64,000 nucleotides of DNA from Azolla caroliniana (lineage: Eukaryota; Plantae; Polypodiophyta): contig JBHGNT010000015.1 in assembly GCA_043228905.1 (NCBI GenBank), forward strand, positions 9,486,001 through 9,550,000. The letters run 5' to 3'. Below the pieces are notes generated by a model. The model saw only the letters and a program-made list of their open reading frames with translations, searched no databases and had not been told where the DNA came from. The position numbers and the translations under genes were made by a program. Below, one piece after another: positions 12,772-24,433 of the stretch (the stretch's first letter is position 1; each line of letters begins with the position of its first letter).

Positions 12772-13616
12772 TCATCCACCATAGCTTCCATATCCACTTG
12801 GTCTATTGTCAACTGCAAAATTGACCCGTAGAATTTTCCCATTTAAATCCTGCTCAACAAACAGGGGAGAGGTATTACATAAGGTTGGAGGATATTCATT
12901 GCATCAGTCTGTACACGAGGAAATATTACCCTGCCATCCATGACTTTGATGGCGGCGTCAGCATCCTTGTTGGACGCGAAACTCACAAAACCAAAGCCTT
13001 TGGATCTCCCTGTCTCACGATCCATAATGATCCTAGCTGCTTAGTTCCGCATGATTACGGCAACAACATCAGCAAACCATGCACATTCCATGTCTCCATC
13101 TAAAAAACTCATTTCTAAAAGAAACATACTACCAACGTGCCATTACCAAACGCCAAACATTGTCATCCGTGGGGAGAATAAGACACATACCATCAATGAC
13201 TTGTCCAAACGAGGCAAATGCATCTTTCAATAGCTCCTCGTCTACTTGGCCTGACAGACCTGCAATCAAGCCATGGATAGACGGGCAGAAACAGAGCAGT
13301 ATTAAGGCAATCGGGTGCTAATTGAAGACGATAGTAAACTTCTTAAACTCTCGGGGATTTACACAGACAACCAATATGAAGAAGAGAGAAAGCGAGAAAG
13401 CAGATATCTTTACATCTAGGCTATAAGTATATGCATCCATTGACAAAGGAATCGATTGATTGTGTATATAGCATACAACTAGTTAGGGTAATGAGAATGA
13501 CCTCCAACAAAAACTCTGCAGGATTGTCCAGCAGCAGCAGAATTAAGCGAGCGAGAGAGGAGGCCACGTGTGTTGGAGGGGAGGAGGCAAAAGAGGAGAG
13601 AGCGAGGAGATGCCAT
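12772..13616 (-). CDS. Organelle-targeted single-RRM protein (GR-RBP/ORRM-like), 122 aa, 4 exons: 13616-13502, 13259-13191, 13036-12930, 12849-12772
   Basis: Manual splicing with GT..AG introns gives [122 protein letters not shown]. It has RNP2 VFVGGL, RNP1 KGFGFVSF and an acid-free S/R/L-rich presequence. Confidence 0.9.
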
Positions 13617-13677
13617 GATCGATCGATCGATTCACCTGCGACAGTGTCGACCGACTGAGTGAGTGAGTCCTCCTTCT

Positions 13678-13771
13678 TATATATATATATATATATATAT
13701 ATTAGGGTAAAATTTGTATTTCTGTATTTGCCTGCCCCTACCGGTGGCTACCTCCTCCTCTCTACTCTATT

Positions 13772-13805
<34 letters not shown>
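13678..13805. repeat. (TA)n and (CA)n microsatellites upstream of the RRM gene
   Basis: TATATA run at ~13678-13701 and ACACAC run at ~13776-13805. Confidence 0.95.
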
Positions 13806-13807
<2 letters not shown>

Positions 13808-13879
13808 GAAGAAGAAAACAAAGCTATGCATAATTTATGTATTGAAACGTATTTTAAGAGGGCCAAGACGCATATAAGA

Positions 13880-15290
13880 CCAACAACATTCTTCACAATC
13901 ACGTAATCGATGTTTAAGAATATCGCACCACATGCATCGAGGTCGAAATGGTTCCCTTGACCTCGAAGTCTGACCATTCTCAAGCTTTGCCACTTTAATT
14001 GTTAGATCTTTCATACTTTGAACTAAATCATCAAGCAGAACATAGATATCAACGTTTAATGGAAAGCTTGAATACAGTATGCGATAGAGACAGAGAGGGT
14101 AGAAGAACAGTAAACTCAATTTCAAAATTACGAAAAGACTCTATACATACAACTATGCTTTACAACACTATTTATACAAGTTCTTAAAGGACTGACTAAA
14201 GTATTGACAAGTACTTTAATGCTCGTATAGAGCATCAGACACTGACTACCAAAAAATATGCCTACGTACTAGGCAAGAGTCGTAGGCTTCTAACAGCCTA
14301 TAGGTTTCAATCGAATCCATATTATGATTTGGATCCTGGTTCCGGATACTGATCCAGACATTGATCATGTTCTTCGTTCCGGACTCCGATCCGGTTCTGG
14401 CTTATTCTGCCGATCCGTATTTGGTTGAGCTTGTCCGCTCAACAGTAAACTATGTGGAAGTTGACACACAGTCGGCTTAGCCGAACAAACAAACCACAGT
14501 ATTGGAAACATAGAGATAGAATCAGAAACAGAGATGGAGATGAAGACAGTAATACAGAGATATATATAACACCAAACCAGAAGACTATATTCTCATAAGC
14601 AAAACAATCAATCACTTTTATATAAGGGTCAGTTTCCTTTCATAAAGGAAAGGGCTGACAATACGGCTCATCTCATAAAGTAGGACTGTCAATTCGGGTC
14701 ATCATTCATGAGCACTCAATTCGAGCCCGATTTAATGATTGACAATCACTCATTACTGTCCTAGTTGAGCTTGTCATCTCAACACTCCCCCTCAGCTTAA
14801 GTATTTGTAGCATTGTGCCATTCCTTTGCATTCTCTTCATAAACTTATTACAAGCATTTGTTACCTCATTGCAATCCGCAGTTATACCATCCTTGGTATT
14901 TGGTACCTCAAGCATAAGTTCCAACTCTTTTCTATATCTCTTATTAACTGCCTGCTAAAATAAAGCAACCTTTTGCCAAGACAAAGAATTTCTTTCTTCT
15001 GGCTTTAAGTGTCCATACAATCAATCAAACTCTTTTTTTGTGTCAGCCACAAATAATCCTTTATCTTCTTTTAAGATCCACTCACAGAATGACTGCATAG
15101 TAACTCGAGAGAAATCTCCACGTGAATATTCAGACACAAGTGCTTCTTTGAATGCATTCCAATCCAAACTATGCAATGTTTGTACTTCACGAATTCTATC
15201 TCTTAATTCCATGTCCACTAATTTACAAACATTTGCTATCATATTGACATCATTCACACCAGACATTTCCATTTCATCTCCATGGCCTTC
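13880..15290 (-). mobile_element. Ty3/gypsy gag remnant related to the gag at 43357-44172, split by an LTR piece
   Basis: DWNAFKEALVSEY..SRVTMQSFCEWI..KGLFV aligns with DWVVFRQALLDEY..TRMSKKSFLEW..KGLSV; C-terminal CMWCD..H...DC knuckle at ~13900. Confidence 0.75.
14035..14800 (-). mobile_element. Copia-type LTR piece with upstream PPT
   Basis: Minus-strand GAGGGGGAG followed by TGTTGAGA at ~14785; 14035-14488 is a close copy of ~30904-31356. Confidence 0.8.
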
Positions 15291-15731
15291 TGCATGTTCA
15301 GATCCTTGGCCGCATCTAGGTAATTCTCAAGCTCATGCATTGTTGCCACCTTTGCCATATATGCATAATGATGCGTCATATACTCGTTATACCCATACCG
15401 AACTATTGGGTGTCTTTGGCGGGTGGATCATCGCAATTTCTGCTCTACTGATTTGCTGGCCCTCTTGACTGACTCTGACCTCTTCTACGAAGGTCCATCT
15501 TCTTGCTTTCCCGAGTCGGATTTGCTCCGCTATGACTCGGCCTTGTCCATGCCATACTCCAACATCTTCTTCTTCCCTTTCTCTTTGCGTGTGAACCGTA
15601 TCCTCAGTTCCTTGTGCAGGGAGAGCACGGTCGAGTCTTCGCTGCTCGACAATTCGTCATCCGGTTGACCTCTACGGCTCGACCAGTTCGGATTCGGTCC
15701 ACTGATTCAGAGGGAAGTCTGACTATCCGGT

Positions 15732-16949
15732 TGTTAGCCGGCCAGCAAGGGAAGTCCAGAATGGGAAAAGGGGGATAATTAATAATCGGGAGCTAATTAG
15801 TTATAATATAGAATTATTGTTTTGAGAAGTGAACGGACGAACCCGGAATCGGTATGTCGATCCGGATTCGGACCGGTTTGTAGCCGATTGCCGGTTGGCA
15901 TTGGTTTGTACCTAAAGCCGGAGACCTATAAAAGGGCCCGGTTAGATTGTAATCAGGAGCGGATAATTAATAGAGTGTTGTTGTTCTGTATCTTAATCAT
16001 TGTTAATTACCATTTTGTGCTAATTATAATTTATCCTACGCGTGTATTGTGACTAATGATCTTGCTGCTTAGTAACCAATTAGGGTTCCATTAATAGTCG
16101 GCCTAACTTTATCTCACCGCAACACCCCTTTGGTGAAGTGTCTCAAAGGGACACCCTGTGTTAGGCCATTGTCCAACCCTAGCGATAACACAGTTTTTGG
16201 CGACCATGATTCCTGCACAAACGCAACGAACAACGACGGGCATGGATGACTAGACCAACAAACGACCCGGTTACGGAACGAGCAAGAAGACTTGTCGAAC
16301 GATTGCGAAAGCGAGAGGATTTCGAACAGGTGGCAGAAGAGCTCCATGCGGATCGGTCATTTTCCAAAGTAATCCGGCGAGTGGCCGCGGAGTCACTACG
16401 CGGGCAGCAGAATTCCCAACCGGATGAAGGAAGCAGCTTGAGCAGTCTTCGGGACACGGAATCCATTCTGCAGGCACTAGCGACAGGGGGAGGCGATTAG
16501 GAACCGTTCTCAGCCTTCGAATCGGATTCAGACGGCGAATGCAGCGCCCATTCGAATTACCATAGCAGCCACGATACCCCAGCAGACCGGAGGACGAGCA
16601 GTCGGATACCTTGCCGACACTAGAACCAGAGTTAACGGAACTGGAAGCCCCAGATCGACAAGTGGCGGATCAACTTCCGACATCGCCACGTGAGACATCG
16701 AAAGAATAGGAGGAAAGACCTCCGACAACGAAAGAAGAGGAGGGGAGACCTTCGACACTAGACGACGACATGCCGTTCCAATATCCCAAGTACCGGGATG
16801 ATCCGGACGTAGAAGCTCATGTCTATGCATTTTTGCAAACATGGGAAGCAAACCATGTGTTGCAACGCTTGACCGCCGTCAAAGCAGAAGACTCGAAGAT
16901 TGCAGAGTTCGGCATGACCTTGGAAGGACCAGCCGCACGATGGCGCTTG
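15732..16949 (+). mobile_element. 5' LTR (15732-~16190), PBS and gag N-terminus of a non-chromoviral Ty3/gypsy element
   Basis: TGTTAG...GATAACA with TATA box CCTATAAAAG; PBS TGGCGACCA at 16198; YPKYRDDPDVEAHVYAFLQTWEANH is homologous to YSKFCEGVDAEVHVRDFLTTWEINH at 54830. Confidence 0.8.
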
Positions 16950-16953
16950 ACGC

Positions 16954-17846
16954 TGTCGTGCCTTACGGCTCCGGATCGTTGCGTGAGTCGGGTGGGAACC
17001 GCTGGGGTTTTGGACTAGGAGGAAAGAAAATTCTAAGGCAATTAAGAATATGAAATAAATTGTAAGAAAGAAAGATATGAAAAACTCGTGAATCCCACGA
17101 GTATAGTGTATTAGTGAGTACTCAAATTAAGAGAGAAAAATAGTTAGGAAACTCGTGGATCCCACGATTATATTATATTAATCAACCCTTGTAAAATAAT
17201 CAACAACCTCTATACATCTTTCTCTCTTCCTTATATAGTGTTGGAAGAGTCTAAGTTTATCCCATGCAAGCATCATGCTTTTCCTATCTTTAGTTTTCAT
17301 GCACACTGCATGTGCATGATTAGCTTTCTATCTCATCTTTTCTTTTAACTCGAGTGTCTATGCATGAATAACTTTTTGTACCATGCATGTCTAGAAATTT
17401 TACATGGGATAAAGTTTAGTATAACTTTAAAATTCATAATACGCTAGTATAATGATAAGGCTTAACATTATTAACATGGAGGTGCAAGGTTTGATTCTTG
17501 CCCTATGCATGTAATATATAATTTTATACTTTCTTCTATTTATAAATATGTCTCTTCATCTGGTGAGAGACTCTCACCGGCCTTCTTCATCCGGCTCTTG
17601 CCAGTTCTGCTTCATCCGGTTCTCGCTGGTTTTCTTTATCCGGTTCTTACCGGATCCTTCTTACCGGTCCTCTTCGTCCGTTTCTTACCGACTCTCACCG
17701 GCCTTCTTCATCCGGCTCTTGCCGGTCTCCTTACCGGTTTCGGTCCTCACCGGTTCTTCCTTCCGATTCTCACTGGGTACTCCATATCCTATCCGGAGAA
17801 AGCAAAAATGTAATTTTTCACGTAGTGTGCGAATTACACTACGACA
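16954..17846 (-). mobile_element. Solo LTR (893 bp) with 4-bp TSD ACGC
   Basis: TGTCGT...ACGACA termini; ACGC at 16950-16953 and 17847-17850; minus-strand CTATATAAG; CCGG-rich imperfect tandem repeats at 17560-17790; tRNA-like module at 17443-17505. Confidence 0.88.
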
Positions 17847-17922
17847 ACGCAGACTCTCGGCACCATCACCATCCTGGCAACAGATATGTTATAGTCACCA
17901 CCGATTATTGCACACTCCCGGC

Positions 17923-17994
17923 ACCTCTGCTCCGGATACGTGATTTCCATAGACGAACCATAACACTCGGTAAAAAACAAGAAGGGAAGAATGG
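17923..17994 (+). repeat. 72-bp inverted repeat, copy of 29076-29147
   Basis: ACCTCTGCTCCGGATACG...GAAGGGAAGAATGG; one mismatch to the reverse complement of 29076-29147. Confidence 0.95.
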
Positions 17995-20900
17995 GTTGTT
18001 CTGTCGTCTGTTGTTGTTGTTCCTCCTCCTCCTGTTCCTGCGGCTGTGGCTGCTCTTCTTGCCGCTCCGGCTCTAGCTGTGGCTGCTACTGGTTGACGTC
18101 CGTTGCTTGCGGCTCTATCAGTCTGACTGGCTCTGTCTCCATTTCCGGCGCTACCGGTTTTGGCATCTCCTGGTTCTGCTGTCCGGCGTGCACCGGTTCC
18201 TACGGACGACCTTCCTTTAGCGGCTCCTCCTGAGTACTATCTGGTTGGCTTCCCCCGGCTTTAACCGGCGTTTGTTCTGAAGATGGCTCTTCGTAACTAA
18301 TGCTAATCGTCATAGTTTTCTTGGCCACTTCTTGTCGTCGTTGTTCCCGTTCGTACTTTTTGAAACGGAGTTGGTTGTCCAGCTGGTCATCATCTAGTTG
18401 TGCCACCAACTAGCGTACCGCCACCCTCTGCTCATCAGCCAAGGATATGAAATCATCCGACAGTTCATCTTTTATTGTTTCAATGCTTTCTTTATCCAGG
18501 ATGTAAACTTCGTCGCCCTCTTTATGCCGGTTTTCCGCATCTGCTCGCAGCAACTGTAGCTCTGCTGCTTGCTTAGCCCACTTCGACCACCACTGTACTG
18601 AGCTTTCTTCCCCCAATTTCTTTGTTCGATTCCTCCATGCCAGTACGATGTCCTGGATCCATCCCAGCCCCATCTTCGAGTTGTTTTCCGCGGCCTATTT
18701 TTCATCCTTCAATTGTTTGATCAAGCTTGCGGTTGCCACTTCTTGGCTTCTGTAGTGCATGAGTTGGGTCTGATATGTCGTCTGAACTCTGTTCAGAGTC
18801 ATTGTAGGGCGCTCTGTTTCCGAATGGTGCTACACTTGCAACTCCAGTCGCTCTTTCGCTGCTGCCGCCAGTTGTTTCGCTACTTCGGCTCCCTTCGACT
18901 GCTCTTCCATCAATGCCGCCATCAACCGGTTAATTTCCTCCCGGAGTTCCTAGCACTTTTCCTACTGCCGGTCACTTTCGGTAGTCAATTTCTTATGATC
19001 GGCATCCAAATGCTTATAATCTCGGTGTAGTCGGTTTTCTGTTTGAGCTTTTGATTGATAAACCAATGAGTGTGGTCCTCATGGTCTTTTTGTTGCCAAA
19101 GCTCTTCTTTGAGGTGCTCAATCTCCACTTCTGCCATCCTCCGGAGTTTCTCTTTTTCTTGCAAGAGTTTGTCTTTCTCTTCTTTCAGCCGGTCATAGGC
19201 TTGATGACCTCTTCTCAAGCTTTCCTCTGTTCGGAGTTCCTTGCACTTTTCCTGCTGCCGATCACTTTCGGTAGTCAATTTCTTATGGTCGGCATCCAAA
19301 TGCTTATAATCTCGGTGCAGTCGGTCGAAGTCGTCAGTTTTCTGTTTCAGCTTTTGATTGATAAGCCAACGAGCGCGGTCTTCACAGTCTTTTTGTTGCC
19401 GGAGCTCTTCTTTGAGGCACTCAATCTCCACTTCTACCATCCTCCGGAGTTTCTCTTTTTCTTGCAAGAGTTTGTCTTTCTCTTCTTTCAGCCGGTCATA
19501 CGCTTGATGACCTCTTCTCAAGCTTTCCTTTGTTCGGCGGAGGCTGTCGGCCGTTCTCCTTTGTTCCTCCTCCGCCGCTTTTTTCAATTCTCATTCCCTG
19601 GCTCGTAAGTCTTTCCTTAATGTGGCGAGCTCCTGTGCTAACGATTTATGAGTATCTGGGCCTGCCGCTTTCATCGGGGTTTGATCGTTCTGTAGAGTTA
19701 CCGGGGCCACCGGTTCCGATTGTTGTGGTCCTTCAATGACCAACTTGGCCATTTCTGTTCTGGCCCTCTCTATGTCTTCCTCCATGCTCCGGATTCTTGA
19801 CCGGGCCTTCTCTAATTCCTCGGTTGTGGCTAGCAACCAGTCTTCATGCGCTTTCTCTTCCACTTCTAACTGGCAGACGACCCCAATCACTTGTTCTGCT
19901 ACCCATCAGAGCCATTGACTGTCGGTGCCTTGTTGTCGTGTTGGTTCTGGTCATGGGATGGCGTTTTCATTGGTCACGAGCCTACTATTGACGGTTACGT
20001 CAAGCGGCCACTCCAGTTCTGGCTGTTGTTGCTGCGGCGGCCATGCCGGCAATTCAATGACCGATTCTTGATCCACCGGTACTGCCGTGTCCTGGACTGC
20101 GGGTTACGCGATGTCCTACCGTAGCACTTGCTTCGTCCCCGATTCTTGTTGAGCCAATTCTGCCGCCTTCCTAGACTGCGGCTCCTCAGGGAGGGCTTCC
20201 AGTATAATATCCTCCATTGGCCTTGATGTTCCCCCTTCGTGGCCCTTTTCACTTGTCTGGCGACGACGTAACAACGCCTCCGTCGGCTCGTCTTCCTATT
20301 GTTCTTCCTCTAGGGTCTTGTTGTTGATTAACGCTGCCAAGGGGTCCCGCCCTGCGTTTTCTCCAGTTGCTATTCTGCTTGTTGTTCTGAAAGGTGCAAC
20401 TTGATTTTCAACGGTCTCCTTGAGGTGTCCACCGATGCGTCCTTCTCTGCCAGCCGCTTCCGATTAGGCCGTTCCTTCGCCCGAGTAGCCACGAGTTGCT
20501 GCCGTTTTGAAGCTGTTTTGGGGGTCGATTTTGTCGGTCTTCCCCTCTTTCTTTGTTTCATGGGCTCCACCGGCGGTGCTAATAAAGCGAGCCATTGTGC
20601 CACTGTTGTCCACATCTTTTTGCCATCTTTTATTGAGATGATGACAACGCTCAGGCCGTCGGCGATCATTATTGGCCAATCTGTTACCCCGTACAAGATG
20701 TACGGAGAGTCAAGTGTGATGAGCGAGGGTCGAATGTTATCATGATGTTGTTGTGTATGTGTAGGGGGCATAAATGTAATTGTGAGTCTATACGTATGTG
20801 AACACATGCACACGTGTGTGCATGTGGATGGATACGAGGAGGTGTGAGTGAGTGTCCAGTATGAATGCTCGAGGGGGCTTACACCCCTATGTATCTACCC

Positions 20901-23900
20901 CCTCTTGTACTATTTAACCCCTTATGGGGAATGAATGAAACATGAATAACCATTTCTCTCTCTCTCAATCTCTCTCTTGTCATCTCTCTCTTTTATCTCC
21001 CCTTACGTTGAGCCCCCTTGGGAGGGGGGTGGAGCCATTCTAGGCACCATCCCCCACTCCACAATGCTTCTCTATGCTTCTCTATATGATCTCTCTCACA
21101 ATCATACTCTCCATCACTATGTCTATCTTCATTACCAATCATCATAATTATGACCAATAATCAATCATGATTATCATTAACCCTAACCCTAAAATCATAC
21201 AACACCTTTTGGCGACCACTAAGGTGACCCCCCTTTGAAGACGGAGTCGAAGAATGATACATGGATGGGCAAGCCATAGCGACTAAGTGCAAGAAATGGC
21301 GGAAACGTGCAAATGACGATGACAATGTTCGGCGAAAGTATGTTTTGTGCAAGTCAATGTGTCAATGTGCGTGGTTCCGAAAGCGGTTAGCGACAATGTG
21401 TGTGTTTCGAATGCGTGGTGCAAGATGCACAGTTGGACAAACAGCGACGCAGAGGGAACCGACGCCATCACGACCGGAAAGAGAAGCCCACCCGGAGACT
21501 GCAGTGGAAGACGTGGTGTGTGGAGCGGAGGCCGGCAAAATGTGCTGAGAATGCACGAGAGATGGTTCCAAACGAAGCAACAAAGAGTCGGAACCGGAAT
21601 CGGAACCAGACCCAAAGTTGGTTAACATAGAAGGGCCAATGTAGACAGAGAAGGAGACGCTGTCGTTGACGAGACATTGACGGCCAGAAAAACTGACAAC
21701 GCCCAAAAGACATGGACGACTGACTACACAATATCAAAACAAAACGAGGCAACCAGACAAGCTAGACTGCACAAGCACAGATAGAGACGAATGGACGGGC
21801 GAAAAGGAAGCATACAGACTCAAGCGACTCAAGCGAAAACGAGTAGGAAAGAACCGGACAGATGACCGAGAAGACGGACCAGACGCACAACCAAAAGACA
21901 ATGGACAGACATCCGGATGAGTGGCCAGAATGCACAAAAGTGGCCAATGTGGCCGCACAGCTGTAAAAGAGAAGCCGGTGTGGCCGGATAGGAGCGGAAG
22001 AACGGTTGATAACAACCAGAATGGCGACACGGGACAGAGATGGAGAAGCGGCCGGAGTGTCCAGACAGGCCCGAACAAAGACGGATGAGCAACGGCTATA
22101 GACACATTGAAATGGGCCAAATAGGACTACCGGATCGGAAAACGAAGAGCGGTCAAACTGGTCGGATAACAGTCAGAGCGGCCAAACTAACTGGACAAAC
22201 AGTCGGAGCAGCCCGAGAAGCGGTTGGACAACAACCAGAATGGCGACACCACACCGAAAAGCGACAAGAATGGTCGGATAGCCGATGGCTGGAACGGCGA
22301 TGATGTTGAAACGACAGGTCGGACAACCGAACAATGGCTGGAGGGCTGGACAAACAATAACAACCAGATCTGACTGACTGACCGGATGGAGTCGGAGACA
22401 CAGATAGACAGCCAGAAACAACGGACGGGCCGAACATCATCGACCGGAGCAGCCGGATGATGCGGTAGCAAGCAGAAGGATAGGAAGCAACAACAATGGC
22501 GGTGGTAGAAGAAGAAGAAGACAGAAAGGAACGGAACATAAAGATGAATTAGAAACAAGAAGAAATCACAAAGAAAAGAAAGAAGAGAAACGATGAAACA
22601 AAGAGAAAGAGAAGCAGTGGTACCATAACAGAGAAGAAAAAGAAGAAGCGGCAAAAGGAAGAAGAAAGCACGCGAGAAGAAGAAGAAGAAAATAGGAAAC
22701 AACACAAAAGAGGAAAAGGAACCAAAAGAGGAGACGAAGATGCAAGAAAGCGCAGAAGAAGGGAAAAAAAAAAACCTAAAATAAAATTGAAAATAGAGGG
22801 AAAAAGAAAAGAAAAACATAGGGGCATGTGAAGAATTTCGGAAACATGAGTGTAGACCAACAAATTTTAAAAACAAGAGGGCACCACCAAAATTTTGAAA
22901 ATCCCCAAGACTACTCACACACACTCAAAACAAAGGAAGAACATACATATACATGACATGATTTTGGACCCATGACGAAGTTCGTAAGTCGACAGAACGA
23001 GAATGTTCGTGTCGCGGAAGATTTGCTGACCGACAAAGATGTTTGAGTCAAGCACTCCGATCGAGGGAGTCGATCAATGAAAGGACCGATGGAAGTTCCC
23101 GTCGAAGAAATATCATCATCAAGGCATGTGGGATTTGATGTACAAGGTACTATCCCACGGGCGTGCCATATTTTGTTACCCCGTACGAGATGTACAGAGA
23201 GTCAAGTGTGATGAGCGAGGGTCGAATGTTATCATGATGTTGTTGTGTATGTGTAGGGGGCATAAATGTAATTGTGAGTCTATACGTATGTGAACACATG
23301 CACACGTGTGTGCATGTGGATGGATACGAGGAAGTGTGAGTGAGTGTCCAGTATGAATGCTCGAGGGGGCTTACACCCCTATGTATCTACCCCCTCTTGT
23401 ACTATTTAACCCCTTATGGGGAATGAATGAAACATGAATAACCATTTATCTCTCTCTCAATCTCTCTCTTGTCATCTCTCTCTTTTATCTCCCCTTACGT
23501 TGAACCCCCTTGGGAGGGGGGTGGAGCCATTCTAGGCACCACCCCCCACCCCACAATGCTTCTCTATGCTTCTCTATATGATCTCTCTCACCATCATACT
23601 CTCCATCACCATGTCTATCTTCATTACCAATCATCATAATTATCACCAATAATCAATCATGATTATCATTAACCCTAACCCTAAAATCATACAACACAAT
23701 CCACCTGTACTCCCTCGTAGGTAGCTATGATAAAACTGACACTATTCCTGGGCATCGCTGGTGGTCGGGAGTATACATGACCATACTCGTGGAGTACCCG
23801 AGCAATTTCTCGAAACAATAGGTCTTCATCGCCTTGCGTGCGGTACGCCTTGCTGCCTATGGAGTATTCACCGAAATACCTCGTCAACAGCTCTTGTGAA

Positions 23901-24286
23901 GGGTTGTCGATCGAGTATATTCCCCCTTCCGGTAAGCTGGTCAGGGCTTGAATGGCTTCCTCGGTGATGACCTCCGTGTCGATGTCCTTAACGACATTTT
24001 CCGCATCTCCGTGCGGCGGTGCTTCGACTATCCTCAAGAATCCCTCTAGACCGTGTTGCTTCAGCCATTTCTTAGCTGCTTCTGAGAGTACCATGCATTC
24101 CATGTCGTCGTCGGAGTCGGTAGGTTGTGGTAAGATTAGTGCGCTTGTGTGTTCTGCGTGCTCTCGCCTGATCACTCGTAATCGCCTGTGTGCGTTGAGA
24201 TCTCTGTGTTCATGAAATGAAAGGGACTTTGCGCGACGAAGGTTTTCTTTCTCCATGCATGGCGCCTTTTCTTGATTCCTGCGCAT
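17995..24286 (-). pseudogene. Extra ORF (ORF3) of the inverted gypsy element, interrupted by the 20682-23696 insertion, stops and a ~290-bp tandem duplication
   Basis: The frame continues across the insertion (..IIATYEGVQVD|WPIMIADGL..). Long coiled coil, then WSKWAKQAAELQLLRA. Homologous to 59937-62619. Confidence 0.85.
20682..23696 (+). mobile_element. Intact non-autonomous LTR retroelement (~3.0 kb; LTRs 20682-21204 and 23174-23696)
   Basis: Two 523-bp TG..CA LTRs with ~10 differences by eye; 5-bp TSD CAATC; PBS TGGCGACCAC at 21210; no recognisable gag/pol inside; no PPT next to the 3' LTR. Confidence 0.95.
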
Positions 24287-24433
24287 GCACGTCCTGTACT
24301 AATATAGCAGTCGGTTGACACGTGGTGCACCTTTTTTAAAGGGCTTTAATTAGCCACCCACCACACCTTTTCAAAGTGACTTTTCTTTTTCTTTTTCTTT
24401 TTTTTCTTTTTCTCTTTTCAAATTGAGTTTTAG

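Noticed and set aside
17560-17790. Short repeats with variable spacers, superficially CRISPR-like
   Set aside because: Degenerate ~13-nt CCGG-containing tandem units within a plant LTR, with no unique spacers or cas genes.
20714-20740. TGATGAGCGAGGGTCGAAT in the non-autonomous LTR suggested a retrozyme hammerhead
   Set aside because: It lacks the invariant C of CUGA and the GAAA, with no convincing flanking helices in either LTR copy.
21179-21194. AACCCTAACCCTAAA as an interstitial telomere
   Set aside because: Only two units, present in both LTRs; at most a telobox motif.
22187-22924. 245-aa Phe/Leu-rich ORF resembling a membrane or env protein
   Set aside because: It is the antisense reading of a low-complexity A/G-rich tract; the composition is explained by base bias. 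The same applies to 19051-19608, antisense to the coiled coil.
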